Assembly (NCBI GenBank): GCA_963711835.1
Contig: CAVQFQ010000009.1
Span: forward strand, 1-64,000
DNA: 64,000 bases
Direction of reading: 5' to 3'
From: an uncultured delta proteobacterium
GTDB taxonomy: Bacteria > Desulfobacterota > RBG-13-43-22
A program made the position numbers and the translations under genes. Position 1 is the first letter of the stretch; the number at the start of each line of letters is the position of its first letter. This document shows positions 1-10,380 of this stretch, piece by piece. The notes under the pieces are model-generated. The model was not told the DNA's origin. It saw only the letters and a list, made by a program, of their open reading frames with translations, and did no database searches.

Positions 1-477
1 ATTGTCACCGCGGCCTTGGTGGTCATGTGGGTTATCAGTGAATCCCCCTTCGGGTATACCATGCGGGCCATTCGGGATAACAGCGACCGGACGCGGTTTA
101 TCGGCATCCATGTCCGGAAATACATGCTCATCAACTTTGTAGTCGCCGGGATGTTTGCCGGCTTGGCCGGCGGCCTTTGGGGGCCCTTTAACCGGAGTGT
201 TGCTCCTGATCTTTGCAACTGGCACCAGTCAGGAATCCCGGTGTTCATGACCGTTATCGGAGGTCCTACGGGCTTTTTGGGGCCTATGGTCGGGTCTGTG
301 ATTTACACCTTCCTTATGGCCTTTGTCACCGGGTTTACCGAATACTGGCCCCTGGTTATTGGATTGGTCATTACTTTTGTCGTCCTCTTTGTGCCCGGCG
401 GAGTTCTTGGGTTGGTAGAGGAAAAGACGAAGGGTAGACGGGCCAAGGGACTTGAGGCCAAAAGGACCGAATCTTAG
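1..477 (+). CDS. livM: Branched-chain amino acid ABC transporter permease, LivM-like (5'-truncated by window)
   Basis: [13 protein letters not shown] motif, hydrophobic helices, GG..G..GP..G motif; upstream of LivG/LivF. Confidence 0.85.
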   Translation: MVTAALVVMWVISESPFGYTMRAIRDNSDRTRFIGIHVRKYMLINFVVAGMFAGLAGGLWGPFNRSVAPDLCNWHQSGIPVFMTVIGGPTGFLGPMVGSVIYTFLMAFVTGFTEYWPLVIGLVITFVVLFVPGGVLGLVEEKTKGRRAKGLEAKRTES

Positions 478-497
478 AATTAAAGAAAGTGGAGCGT

Positions 498-1250
498 ATG
501 GCCGAAGAAGTTATCCTCAGAGTAAAGGAATTGTTCAAGGCCTTTGGCGGGCTTTTGGCCACCAATAATGTTAACTTTGAGATTAAAGCCGGAGAAATGT
601 CCGCCATTATAGGCCCAAACGGGGCAGGAAAGAGCACTTTATTTAACCTCTTAACCGGATATCACGCCGTCGACAAGGGGCAGGTGTTCTTTAAAGAAAA
701 GAATATTACCAATTGGCCGCCTTATAAGATTGCCCGTCTGGGGATAGCCCGTGCCTTTCAGGTCAGTAATATTTATCCCAAGCTGACCTCCTATGAGAAT
801 GTACGACAAGCGATTTTAACTCAGCAAAAAAGAACACTTAACTTCTTTACCCCCGCCAGGCGGCTGGCCCAGAAGGAGACCCAGGACCTGATTCAAATCA
901 CCGGACTAACCGAAAACGCACAGATGGTCGCCGGCAACCTTTCCCAGGGAGATAAGAAACGACTGGAATTGGCTATTGCCCTGGGGAGTAAGCCCGATCT
1001 CCTTTTTCTGGATGAGCCCACCGCCGGCATGTCCGGGGAAGAGACCCACGAAACTATGGAGTTGGTGGCTCGGCTCAACCGGGAAATGGGGTTGACCATT
1101 CTTTTTACGGAGCATGATATGCCTGTGGTATTTGGGTATGCCCGCAGACTATCGGTATTACATTTGGGGACCATTATTGCTGAAGGCACACCGGAAGAAG
1201 TCAGGGCAAACGAAAATGCGCAAAAGACCTATCTCGGGGAGGAAACATGA
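498..1250 (+). CDS. livG: ABC transporter ATP-binding protein, LivG-like
   Basis: FGGL, Walker [26 protein letters not shown]; ATG at 498 (GTG at 489 also possible). Confidence 0.9.
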   Translation: MAEEVILRVKELFKAFGGLLATNNVNFEIKAGEMSAIIGPNGAGKSTLFNLLTGYHAVDKGQVFFKEKNITNWPPYKIARLGIARAFQVSNIYPKLTSYENVRQAILTQQKRTLNFFTPARRLAQKETQDLIQITGLTENAQMVAGNLSQGDKKRLELAIALGSKPDLLFLDEPTAGMSGEETHETMELVARLNREMGLTILFTEHDMPVVFGYARRLSVLHLGTIIAEGTPEEVRANENAQKTYLGEET

Positions 1251-1954
1251 TTCTGGAGGTCAAAGACGTCCAAACCTACTACGGGACCAGCCATATCCTT
1301 TTTGGTGTTTCCCTTTCTGTAGATCGGGGTAAAATCGTCTGCCTCTTAGGAAGAAACGGGGCAGGCAAGACCACCACTATGCGGAGCATTATGGGTCTCA
1401 CTCCTCCTCAATCCGGCAGTATCCAATTTAATGGTGAGGAAATGAGAGGAAGGCCTCCCTATTATGTTGCTCAGAAAGGGATGGGTTATGTGCCGGATAA
1501 CCGGTTGATTTTCCCTGATCTTACAGTAAGAGAAAATTTAGAACTGGCCATTAAGGCGCCCAAGGGCTTTAGCGGGGAGCCTTGGACAGTAGACCGAATT
1601 TACGAACTTTTTCCTCCCCTTAAGAAACTAGACAAAAACTTGGGGGGTTACCTGAGCGGTGGTGAGCAACAGATGCTGACGGTCGGTAGGACCCTAATGG
1701 GAAACCCCGAGCTAATTCTTCTGGATGAACCGGTAGAAGGGCTGGCCCCCATGGTGGTGAGGGCCCTGGGAGAACAAATCCTGAAATTGAGGGAGATGGG
1801 AGAAACCATCTTTTTTTCAGAACAAAATGTCAGATTTGCCACCATGATAGCCGAACGGGCCTTTGTGATTGATAAAGGCAAGATTCGGTACGAAGGAAGC
1901 ATGAAGGAATTGAAAGAGAATGAAGAGGTTCGAAAGAAATATCTAATGATTTGA
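1247..1954 (+). CDS. livF: ABC transporter ATP-binding protein, LivF-like
   Basis: GRNGAGKTT, LSGGEQQML, LLDEP, EQN; ATGA overlap with livG. Confidence 0.9.
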   Translation: MILEVKDVQTYYGTSHILFGVSLSVDRGKIVCLLGRNGAGKTTTMRSIMGLTPPQSGSIQFNGEEMRGRPPYYVAQKGMGYVPDNRLIFPDLTVRENLELAIKAPKGFSGEPWTVDRIYELFPPLKKLDKNLGGYLSGGEQQMLTVGRTLMGNPELILLDEPVEGLAPMVVRALGEQILKLREMGETIFFSEQNVRFATMIAERAFVIDKGKIRYEGSMKELKENEEVRKKYLMI

Positions 1955-2196
1955 TTTCCCCAATTCAATTCTGTCCCCATACAAGCAGAAAAGATTTCTG
2001 AAATTACCTGGAACAAACTGTGGAATGGTACTTTTCCTTATACCCATTAAAAGCCCCTTAGCCCATTAGGCCGTCTTCCCGGCCCTCAATATTCTTAAAA
2101 GGCCTTTTCCAAAGTAATAGGTCTGTAACCTTATATAGTCTATCGAATTTTTCCCAGAGTTGAAAATAACCCCTAAGTTGAAAGAAGGAATTTAAT

Positions 2197-3723
2197 ATGT
2201 ATATCGGTACCCTCTTGCCTCGACATGCCCACTTTCGTCCTGATCATACAGCGGTTATTTTTGGAGATTATCGCCTGAACTTTCGCCAGTTCAATAAGAG
2301 CGTCAATCGTCTGGCCAATGCCTTTCTGGACCAAGGGATTACTAAGGGAGATAAGATTGCCACCATTCTTCCCAACTCGCTGGAGCTATTAGAAGTTTAT
2401 TGGGCGGTGGCCCAAATGGGGGCCGTGGTGGTCCCCTTAAGCCCTCTGCTTCGGGGAACTGGACTGATCACTTTACTAAGGGATTCCGATACGAAAATGG
2501 TCATCACCAATAAGGCCTTTGTCGAAATCTTGAACCCCATCAAACCGGGACTCTCTGCTATTAAGGCCGATCGCTACTGGCTGACTGACAGCACCGATAC
2601 TGAAGGCTACCAGAGCTATCAGATCATGAAGGCCCAGGCCAGCGACCAGGATCCCCACGGGATCGAATTAAGCGATCAGGACCCTTACAACATAATCTAC
2701 AGCAGTGGCACCACAGGGCTCCCCAAAGGAATTATCCATACCCATTATGTGCGGGCCATGTACTGTACCCTTTTTGCTTCCGCCTATCGGATTTCCCCGG
2801 AAAGTATTATCCTCCATAGCGGTTCCATTGTCTTTAACGGGGCCTTCTTGACCCTCATGCCGGCTATGTTTGTTGGGGCTACCTACATCCTTCACCCCCA
2901 GTTTGATGCCGAAGCTATGATCAGGACCATCAAAGAGGAAAAGGTAACCCATGTTGATGTGGTCCCCGCCCAGGTAATTGCCCTCTTAAATTCCCCCAAT
3001 TTTACCTCAAAGGATATGGAGTCTTTGGAAATGTTTATGTCCATAGGGGCCCCCCTTCACAAAGAATATAAAGAAGAATTGAACCGACGGTTGCCGGGAC
3101 GATTCTACGAGCTCTACGGGCTGACCGAGGGCTTTGTGACCATCCTGGATAAGACGGACTTTCCCCGCAAACTCACCTCCGTCGGCTGCTGCCCGCCCTT
3201 CTTCGAGATGAAGATCTTAGACGAGCATCGCCGGGAAGTGCCGGTGGGACAGGTGGGCGAGATCGTCGGCCGCGGCCCGATCCTGATGCCCGGCTACTAC
3301 AAGCGGCCCGACTTGACCGAGGCCGCCGTTATAGACGGCTGGCTGTATTCCGGGGACCTGGGCTTTGTGGACGATGAGGGCTATCTGACCCTGGTGGACC
3401 GCAAAAAGGATATGATCATCTCCGGGGGCATCAATGTCTATCCCAAGGATATCGAGGAAATCGTCGTCCAGCACCCGGCCGTGCGGGAGGCGGCGGTCTT
3501 CGGCCTGCCTCATGAGAAATGGGGGGAGACCCCCGTGGCGGCGGTCATCCTCAAGCAGCCGGGACAGGTTGGCGCGGAAGAATTGAAGGCCTGGACCAAC
3601 GACCGGGTAGGGGCCAAGTACCAGCGGCTGGACCGGGTCATCCTCAAAGACGACTTCCCCCGCAGTACGGCCGGCAAGACCCTCAAACGCATCATGCGGG
3701 ATGAACTCAGCGGAAAAGAATAA
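2197..3723 (+). CDS. Acyl-CoA synthetase / AMP-binding ligase
   Basis: IIYSSGTTGLPKG, YGLTE, SGDLG, DRKKDMIISGG, C-terminal GKTLK. Confidence 0.92.
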   Translation: MYIGTLLPRHAHFRPDHTAVIFGDYRLNFRQFNKSVNRLANAFLDQGITKGDKIATILPNSLELLEVYWAVAQMGAVVVPLSPLLRGTGLITLLRDSDTKMVITNKAFVEILNPIKPGLSAIKADRYWLTDSTDTEGYQSYQIMKAQASDQDPHGIELSDQDPYNIIYSSGTTGLPKGIIHTHYVRAMYCTLFASAYRISPESIILHSGSIVFNGAFLTLMPAMFVGATYILHPQFDAEAMIRTIKEEKVTHVDVVPAQVIALLNSPNFTSKDMESLEMFMSIGAPLHKEYKEELNRRLPGRFYELYGLTEGFVTILDKTDFPRKLTSVGCCPPFFEMKILDEHRREVPVGQVGEIVGRGPILMPGYYKRPDLTEAAVIDGWLYSGDLGFVDDEGYLTLVDRKKDMIISGGINVYPKDIEEIVVQHPAVREAAVFGLPHEKWGETPVAAVILKQPGQVGAEELKAWTNDRVGAKYQRLDRVILKDDFPRSTAGKTLKRIMRDELSGKE

Positions 3724-3734
3724 ACCCGCTGTTA

Positions 3735-3999
3735 TTGACTGTCTCATAATTGTAACTACCCGATGGGGCCGTCTTTTCTTCTGTCTGTGGCTTTCGGGCT
3801 GGTCTTTTCTTCGGACTTATCCACGGGGGATCCCTTACCCCCTCCGCATTCTCGACCACGCCTGGGGCGTGGTCGAGCTGCGGCTTCCCCCATGGGTAAG
3901 TCCGGAAAAGATCCGCCGCGGCTGACCCTTTCACCAATGACTCCAGAAAAAACAGCCCCATCGGCTTGGGTAACGTCAATAGTATTTTGAGACTGTTAA
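3735..3999. mobile_element. MITE-like nested inverted-repeat element
   Basis: Ends TTGACTGTCTCATAAT / ATTTTGAGACTGTTAA (13/16 complementary) plus three nested internal inverted repeats; no coding capacity. Confidence 0.6.
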
Positions 4000-4029
4000 C
4001 AAGAGAATTTTTTTAAAAAAGGTGTCATC

Positions 4030-5188
4030 ATGTCCAACTCGTTTCAAGTGGTAGCCATCAACGGCTCCCCCCATATGGGAATCGGCAATACCGGCCTGAT
4101 GATTCAAATGATCCGTCAGGGATTGGAAAAGGAAGGGATTTCGGTCGAGGAAATTTTCCTGGCGGCTAAAAAAATCGAATACTGCAAGGGCTGTGCCTTC
4201 TGTCTGGAGCACGCCCGCTGCTGGATCAAGGATGAGCATGCCGGAATCATGGACCAACTCTTGGCCGCTGATGCCGTAATCCTGGGTTCGCCGGTTTACT
4301 TTTTTCACGTTACCGCCCAGATGAAAACCTTCCTGGACCGCTCCCTGGCTTACGGTCACAAACCCAGGCCGACCTGGAAGCCGGGGCTGGCGGTCAGCGT
4401 TTCTGCCGGCAGGGGGGAAACCACGGTGGGCGATTACCTGGGCAACGCCTTGCGGGTCTATGGTGCTTTTTCAGTGGGAGCATTGACAGCTCATCTCCGT
4501 AGGGATCGGCGAGTTCTGGGGCAAACCGGCCCTGGAGGCCCGGGCCGCCGATCTGGCCCGTGATCTGGCTGCCGCCATAAAGGAAAAGCGCCGCTGGCCG
4601 CCCACAGACCGGGATCTGGCTTTCTGGCATTTCATGGGCGGCCTGGTCAAGGATGAGCGGGAATTCATGACCAACGACTATGCCCACTGGCAGAAGTATA
4701 ACCTCTATGACGGTTTTGAAAACTACATCCAGCAAGACCGGACAAGGGTAGAGGTCGACCGCGACCCTTAGGGAGGCCTGGCTGAAGGAGATGATGGACC
4801 GGCAGGCGGAACGGATTCGCCTGGAAAAGAGCGGAGAAAAACCGGAAGCCCAATCGGCCCCTGAAGCAGCCAACTGCCGGGAGCTGTTGGAAATCATGCC
4901 CTTGGCCTTCAATCCGGCTGCCGCCGAAGGCCTGAAGGCCGTTTATCAGTTTGAAGTCGGCGGGGATGAAAATTTTGTGGTTCATCTAATCGTTGCCGAC
5001 CAGCAGTGCACCCTCCACGAGGGCCCGGCCTCCAAACCGGATGTAATCATCAAGACACCGCCGAGGTCTGGCTCAGGATCTCCAGAGGCGAACTGGAGGG
5101 CGCCCAGGCCTTCATGTCCGGCCAGTATCAGGTCGAAGGCAACCTCAGCCTGTTAATGAAACTCGGCGCCCTGTTTAAAAGAGAATAA
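4030..5188 (+). CDS. Flavodoxin-like NAD(P)H-dependent FMN reductase (iron-sulfur flavoprotein type) fused to C-terminal SCP2 lipid-binding domain; three frameshifts (~4490, ~4767, ~5058)
   Basis: INGSPH, CKGCAFC..C, GSPVYF..AQMKTFLDR; last frames read FNPAAAEGLKAVYQFEV and AFMSGQYQVEGNL (SCP2); pseudogene vs sequencing error unresolved. Confidence 0.75.
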
Positions 5189-5450
5189 ACCTCGAAGTTG
5201 CATAATAATTGATTGATAGAGAGTTTTTTATCATCGAAACAGTTTGTTCTGAAGATTTTGGCATTGGGGCCAAAATTCACTGCGGGTGATGTTCGGCAGT
5301 CAATAAATCATCGATCAATTTTTACCCTTCGGGAAAGTCTGGGAGGCCGTCCCGCCGCGGCGGGATTGTCCAGGGCTCGCAGTATGCGTATACAGCGTCG
5401 CCCTGGACGTCTCGGATCTGCAACCTCCGAAACTTTTGCAACATCGAAGT
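5189..5450. mobile_element. MITE-like element with imperfect terminal inverted repeats
   Basis: ACCTCGAAGTTGCATAA ... TTTTGCAACATCGAAGT (14/17); internal hairpins at 5350-5365 and 5368-5408. Confidence 0.5.
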
Positions 5451-5551
5451 AAATGGCCTTGGGCTGACTTCATTGAATAAATACTTCAGCTCAAATCTCC
5501 GCACCTTTTGGAGAAGAAAGGCATTATCCTTCCCAACGAAAAAACCCTTTA

Positions 5552-6550
5552 ATGACCGGCAATGAAAAAATTCCGCCTTCCCTGTCCCGCCTTCGGATTT
5601 TAGTCAAGGCGATGCCGGCCAAGGTCTCCTTTCTAAGAGGCGGCTGCCTTTACCCTCTTCTGGGTTTCCTGCTTATTTATGGGGCTTATGTTTTTCTCTT
5701 TGGCCGTCTGATACCCGATCCGGTAGCTCCCTATTTCTTTGCTTTATTCACTGCCATAGGAACCGGCGCCTTTATAACGGGTCTCCTGGGTCTGTTTCGG
5801 TCCCACAAGCTGGGAGCGGCCATCCGCCGGGATCTGGAAGGGGTGTCTAAGAAGGATGGCCGGTTTGAAGCGGTCGACGGGATCATCCAACCCGAACAAG
5901 CCCCCTTGACCTCGCCCTTTCAGGGCCATTCCTGTGTGGCCTACGAATATGATCTGGCCAGGTTGGGCAAGGATAACCGAACGGCCGGGTCCGATGCCTG
6001 GGGCTGGGCTTTGGCGCCTTCGGTTATCCGGACGGGCCGGGGAGAATTCCGCCTGCTCGGCTTCCCGGACCTGGAGCGGTTTGATGAGGCCGTGGTCGGG
6101 GAAGGGGCACTTGAAAGGGTGAGGACCTATTTTCGAAATACGGTATTTGAAACCATTAACAAGGCGGATATTAAAAAGGGTTTGAGCCAACTCCTGGAGC
6201 GATCGGTGGATGACGATGGGCAGGCGCGGGCCGATATACGCCGGGGAACTGACCTGGGTCCGGAGGACTTCCGGTTGGAAGGCCGGCAACTTTCGGAACG
6301 GGTGGTTCCGGTCGGGGCGGAGGTGACCGCCTTCGGGATCTTTTCAAGTTCCCGCGGGGGACTGATCCCCAATCCCGGGAGAGTTTCCGAACCGGTTCAG
6401 CTTTGGCCGGGAAAAGGGGAAGAGTTGGTCACCGTTATCGAAAAGGAATCTTCGGGAAGGCTTTACCTCGGGATACTGGTTTTCTTCCTCTCCCATGCTT
6501 TTATATCGATCGCCTTTTTTATCATGTGGTTGAAAGGGTATTATGACTAA
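5552..6550 (+). CDS. Membrane protein with probable GIDE/BAM-like soluble domain
   Basis: Two N-terminal and one C-terminal TM segments; PLTSPFQGHSCVAYEY and ERVVPVGAEVTAFG resemble GIDE motifs. Confidence 0.5.
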   Translation: MTGNEKIPPSLSRLRILVKAMPAKVSFLRGGCLYPLLGFLLIYGAYVFLFGRLIPDPVAPYFFALFTAIGTGAFITGLLGLFRSHKLGAAIRRDLEGVSKKDGRFEAVDGIIQPEQAPLTSPFQGHSCVAYEYDLARLGKDNRTAGSDAWGWALAPSVIRTGRGEFRLLGFPDLERFDEAVVGEGALERVRTYFRNTVFETINKADIKKGLSQLLERSVDDDGQARADIRRGTDLGPEDFRLEGRQLSERVVPVGAEVTAFGIFSSSRGGLIPNPGRVSEPVQLWPGKGEELVTVIEKESSGRLYLGILVFFLSHAFISIAFFIMWLKGYYD

Positions 6551-6554
6551 AAAG

Positions 6555-8490
6555 ATGAAGGTTAAGATCCCTGCTGGCAGTCTTCCTGCTGATAGGGTTG
6601 GGCTGTTTCCCCTTGATAATCGGCGCCTCGGCGGAGGCTGAGGAAAAAATCCTTTCCTTTCACAGCGACCTGGTGATCCATCCCGATGCCTCCCTGACCG
6701 TTACCGAGACCATCACGGTCCGAGCCGAAAACGACCGGATCAAACGGGGGATCTACCGCGATTTTCCGACCCGCTACCGGGAAAAATTCGGTTTGACCCG
6801 GCGGGTGGGCTTTACGGTTCAAGAGGTCCGGCGGGATGGAGAGCCGGAGTCGTATCATTTCGAGGGACTGCCCAACGGGAAGCGGGTCTATTTCGGTCGA
6901 AAAGAGGTCATCCTGTCCCCCGGGGAGTACACCTACACCTTCGTCTATGAGACGGATCGACAGCTGGGCTTTTTCAAGGATTATGATGAACTCTACTGGA
7001 ACGTCACCGGCAATGACTGGAAATTCCCCATCGATAAGGCCTCGGCCACGGTGCACCTGCCGGAAGGGGCCGGCGATAAGGTGATGGCTTCCGCTGCCTA
7101 CACCGGTGTGAAAGGGGCGGCCGGTCAGGATTTCCGGCAAGAGGCGGACCCGGAGACCGGAACGGTTAGGTTTTTTACGACCAGGCCCTTGGCTTTAAAT
7201 GAAGGCCTGACCGTGGCCGTCTCCTGGCCCAAGGGCTATGTGGCGGCGCCCGGGGAACAGACCCGGCTTTGGGCCTTAATCTCCGACAACCGGGGTTTCC
7301 TCTTCGGTCTGGCCGGGATCCTGATAATCCTTGGATACTACCTGACCGTCTGGTTCCGGGTTGGGAGAGACCCGGAAAAGGGCATCCTGGTCACCCGCTA
7401 TGCCCCGCCCGACGCATTGAGTCCGGCGGCCATGCGCTTTATCTGGAACCGGGGCTATGACGACCAGGCCTTCACAGCCGCCCTGATCAACCTGGCCGTC
7501 AAGGGGTACCTGACGATCAAGGAAACGGACGGTCAGTATTCCGTCCGGCAGCGAAGCGGTGAGAAAAAAGCGCCGGCTTCCCAAGACGAAGAAAAGGTCT
7601 ACGGCGCCCTCTTCAACCAGCGCCAGGAAGTGGTTTTTAACCGGACCAATCGCTCCATCCTCCAAAGCGCCGTATCCGGCCTGAAGCGAAATCTGGAATA
7701 CAACCTGGAGAAGGGTTATTTTGTCCAGAATCGCTGGTATTTTCTGGTCGGGCTGCTCCTGACCCTGGGATGGGTGGTCGCCTCAGGAATTCGCGATGCC
7801 CTGGATCAGGGCAGCCTGCCGCTTTTCTTTTTCATCTCTCTCTGGCTGACCATCTGGAGTATCGGCGTGGCCGTCTTGCTGGTCGTGGTGGTCAAATCCT
7901 GGATGGAGGTTATAAAAGGGTACGGGAAAATCGGAAAATTAATCCGGGCTTTTTTTCTGACCTTGTTTGCCCTCCCGTTCCTCGGTGGGGAAATCATGGG
8001 CCTGTATTTTATGGCCTTTCAGGCCACCTCGATCCACCAGGCGATTCTTTTTGTCGTTTCGGTAGGCATTACCCTGATTTTTTACCAGCTTTTAAAGGCT
8101 GTAACTCCCTTGGGACGGAAGCGTTTGGATGAGATCGAGGGGTTCCGAACCTTCCTGGAGGCGGCCGAAAAAGACCGGCTCAATTTCCTTCACCCTCCGG
8201 AAAGGACTCCGGAACTATTCGAAAAATTATTACCCTATGCCCTGGCCCTGGGTGTGGAGCAGCGCTGGGCCGAACAGTTTTCGAATGTGCTGTCGGCCGC
8301 TGCGGCCGAAGGCCGGTCTCCGGACTGGTACTCCGGAAGGTCCCCGGGCGCTTTCAGCACCGGGGCTCTGGCAGCCTCGTTGGGCGACTCCCTGTCCAGC
8401 GCCGTAGCCAGCTCATCGGGTTCGTCAGGTTCCGGCGGAGGCGGTTCCTCCGGCGGAGGTGGGGGTGGCGGAGGAGGCGGCGGGTGGTAG
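6555..8490 (+). CDS. DUF2207 domain membrane protein (probable frameshift just after ATG 6555)
   Basis: GIYRDFP, ELYWNVTGNDW, LLPYALALGV..WA, Gly/Ser tail GGGGGGGGGGGW; signal-peptide-like RLRSLLAVFLLIGLGC in frame upstream of 6598. Confidence 0.9.
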
Positions 8491-9407
8491 AAGCGGCCCT
8501 GCCCATCCTGAACCCATCGAGAACCTGGGCCGTTCTACAAAAGCTGATAAACAGCTCGGCTGCCTCTCGCCTTCAGCTTGAAGAAATTTATACCCAGCTT
8601 CCAGCCACCGTCTGCCGGCGCCGGACCCTTTGCTGTTCCCTGTTGCCGGAAATGACCCTGTTGGAAGCCTTGCAGGCTATAGCGCACCTGGTCCGTCTCC
8701 CGGGGAACCTTCGAAAGGATCTCCTTGAACGAATCCTGCTTTATTTCTTTTTGAATCCCGTTGAGATCCGGACTTGTCCCTTTTTACAAGACCGGGATTG
8801 CCTCATTTATCGGGATCGTTTTTTCGGCTGCCGGGCTTATGGTCTCTGGTCAAAGAACTATTATGAAGAATTGTCCCGGGAGAACCGTCAGTCAAAAGGC
8901 TCTCTCCAACAAGAATGGAAAAAGCTGGGGGTGTCTTTGCCGGCGGAAGTCAGTCATTTCCAGGTTCCCTATTGCCATCGGGTGAAACCGGAGCCGCCGG
9001 CCGCGATCACTGATCAGGTCCTTTTTAATCTCTCGGAGAGGATCGAAAACCTGTCCCGGGAATTGGGCCCCCGGCACCGGGAGTTCAGGGAACAGACCTT
9101 TTCCGATCTAAGCTTTTTCCTGGCCGGCCTGCAATTCGGGACCCAGGAAGCCGTCCGCCTGAAGTTTTTTATCGTAAGGGATATTATCCAGAAAGGGGAC
9201 CGGAGCCGGTTGGATGGTCTACTCAACCAACTGACCGATCCATTTCCGAAAGAACCGAAAGGCACTGATTCTCTTTTGACCCAAGGGACGATGAAAACCA
9301 GACAATCACCGCCAAGGCGCCGAAAGCGCAAAGAAGAAAAAGAAGGGGATCGGCAATACCGGTCTGATGATTCAGGTGATCCGTCAGGGAGTGGAATTAG
9401 TATTTGA
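8484..9407 (+). CDS. YkgJ-family cysteine-cluster (Zn/Fe-chelating) protein; C-terminal tail probably reads into non-coding sequence
   Basis: CRRRTLCC, CPFL...CLIYRDRFFGCRAYG. Confidence 0.75.
   Translation: MVEAALPILNPSRTWAVLQKLINSSAASRLQLEEIYTQLPATVCRRRTLCCSLLPEMTLLEALQAIAHLVRLPGNLRKDLLERILLYFFLNPVEIRTCPFLQDRDCLIYRDRFFGCRAYGLWSKNYYEELSRENRQSKGSLQQEWKKLGVSLPAEVSHFQVPYCHRVKPEPPAAITDQVLFNLSERIENLSRELGPRHREFREQTFSDLSFFLAGLQFGTQEAVRLKFFIVRDIIQKGDRSRLDGLLNQLTDPFPKEPKGTDSLLTQGTMKTRQSPPRRRKRKEEKEGDRQYRSDDSGDPSGSGISI
9349..9396 (+). pseudogene. 48-nt remnant of a paralogue of the flavodoxin gene at 4030
   Basis: 44/48 identity to 4081-4128; differences synonymous or conservative. Confidence 0.75.
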
Positions 9408-9417
9408 TTTCAGATAA

Positions 9418-9435
9418 AAAAGTATATATACTTTT
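9418..9435. promoter_or_regulatory. Perfect 18-bp palindrome, probable VapBC autoregulatory operator
   Basis: AAAAGTATATATACTTTT about 30 nt upstream of vapB ATG. Confidence 0.65.
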
Positions 9436-9464
9436 GTCTATATATTCCGGAGTTGGGGGACCTT

Positions 9465-9695
9465 ATGAATAAAGCCAAATTATTTAAGAACGGAAGCAGT
9501 CAGGCCGTCCGCTTGCCCAGGAAGTTCAATTTTAAAGGGGATGAGGTCTATGTAAAAAGAATCGGCAAGCTGGTGGTTTTGATCCCCAAGGAGGACCCTT
9601 GGAGTTCCCTGATCCAAAGTTTGGACGGCTTTTCAAATGATTTTATGCCGGAGCGGAAACAGCCCGAACTGGAGGAGCGGGAGTCCTGGTCATGA
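9465..9695 (+). CDS. vapB: VapB antitoxin (AbrB/SpoVT type)
   Basis: AKLFKNGSSQAVRLPRKF; ATGA overlap with vapC. Confidence 0.92.
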   Translation: MNKAKLFKNGSSQAVRLPRKFNFKGDEVYVKRIGKLVVLIPKEDPWSSLIQSLDGFSNDFMPERKQPELEERESWS

Positions 9696-10090
9696 GGTAT
9701 CTGCTCGATACCAACATCTGCATCTATATCATTAAAAGAAAACCCCCGGCGGTCTTAAAGAAATTTAAGACTTTTCAGATCAGCGATCTGGGGCTCTCCT
9801 CCATCACCCTGGCGGAGCTGGAATTTGGGGTTTATAACAGCACCTATCCGGAACAAAACCAGGAGGCCTTAAACCAGTTCCTCAGTCCTCTGGAAATCGT
9901 CCCTTTCGATGACCGGGCGGCCATTGAATACGGCCGGATCCGGGCTTCTTTACAGAAGCGGGGCCTCACTATCGGGGCCATGGATCTGCTCATTGCCGCC
10001 CAGGCCAAAAGCCTGGCTATCCCCTTGGTAACCAACAACCTCAGAGAATTTAAAAGAATCCCCGGCCTACTTCTTGAAAACTGGGTCTAG
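9692..10090 (+). CDS. vapC: VapC PIN-domain toxin
   Basis: YLLDTNICIY, ELEFG, IGAMDLLIAAQA, LVTNN.REF. Confidence 0.95.
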   Translation: MRYLLDTNICIYIIKRKPPAVLKKFKTFQISDLGLSSITLAELEFGVYNSTYPEQNQEALNQFLSPLEIVPFDDRAAIEYGRIRASLQKRGLTIGAMDLLIAAQAKSLAIPLVTNNLREFKRIPGLLLENWV

Positions 10091-10151
10091 CCGGTGGTCT
10101 TCAGCCTATCCTTTGAGCTTTGAGCCCTTGGCCCTGTCGCCCAACTCTTAA

Positions 10152-10378
10152 CTATCCAATCACAGGGTCGGTCCGGATGAAGTGGAGGAGGTGGCTTTTG
10201 AAAATGACCCCTATATCCGGAAGGGAAGAAAGGGCCGGCGCTATCTTTATGGACAAACCATAGGGGGGCGGTATTTTTTTATAGTCTATATTCCAATTCG
10301 TCCCGGGTGGCAAAAGTGATCACCGCCAGGGCAATGGATGAGAAAGAAAGGAAGCTTTATCTAAGGCGAGGGAAATAA
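10152..10378 (+). pseudogene. brnT: BrnT (DUF497) toxin remnant, 5'-truncated and frameshifted
   Basis: H.V.PDEVEEVAFE..YLYGQTIGGRYFFIVY../KVITARAMDEKERKLY; no start codon. Confidence 0.7.
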
Positions 10379-10380
10379 TC

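Noticed and set aside
8410-8487. GGN-rich tandem repeat
   Set aside because: Encodes the normal Gly/Ser tail of DUF2207 proteins
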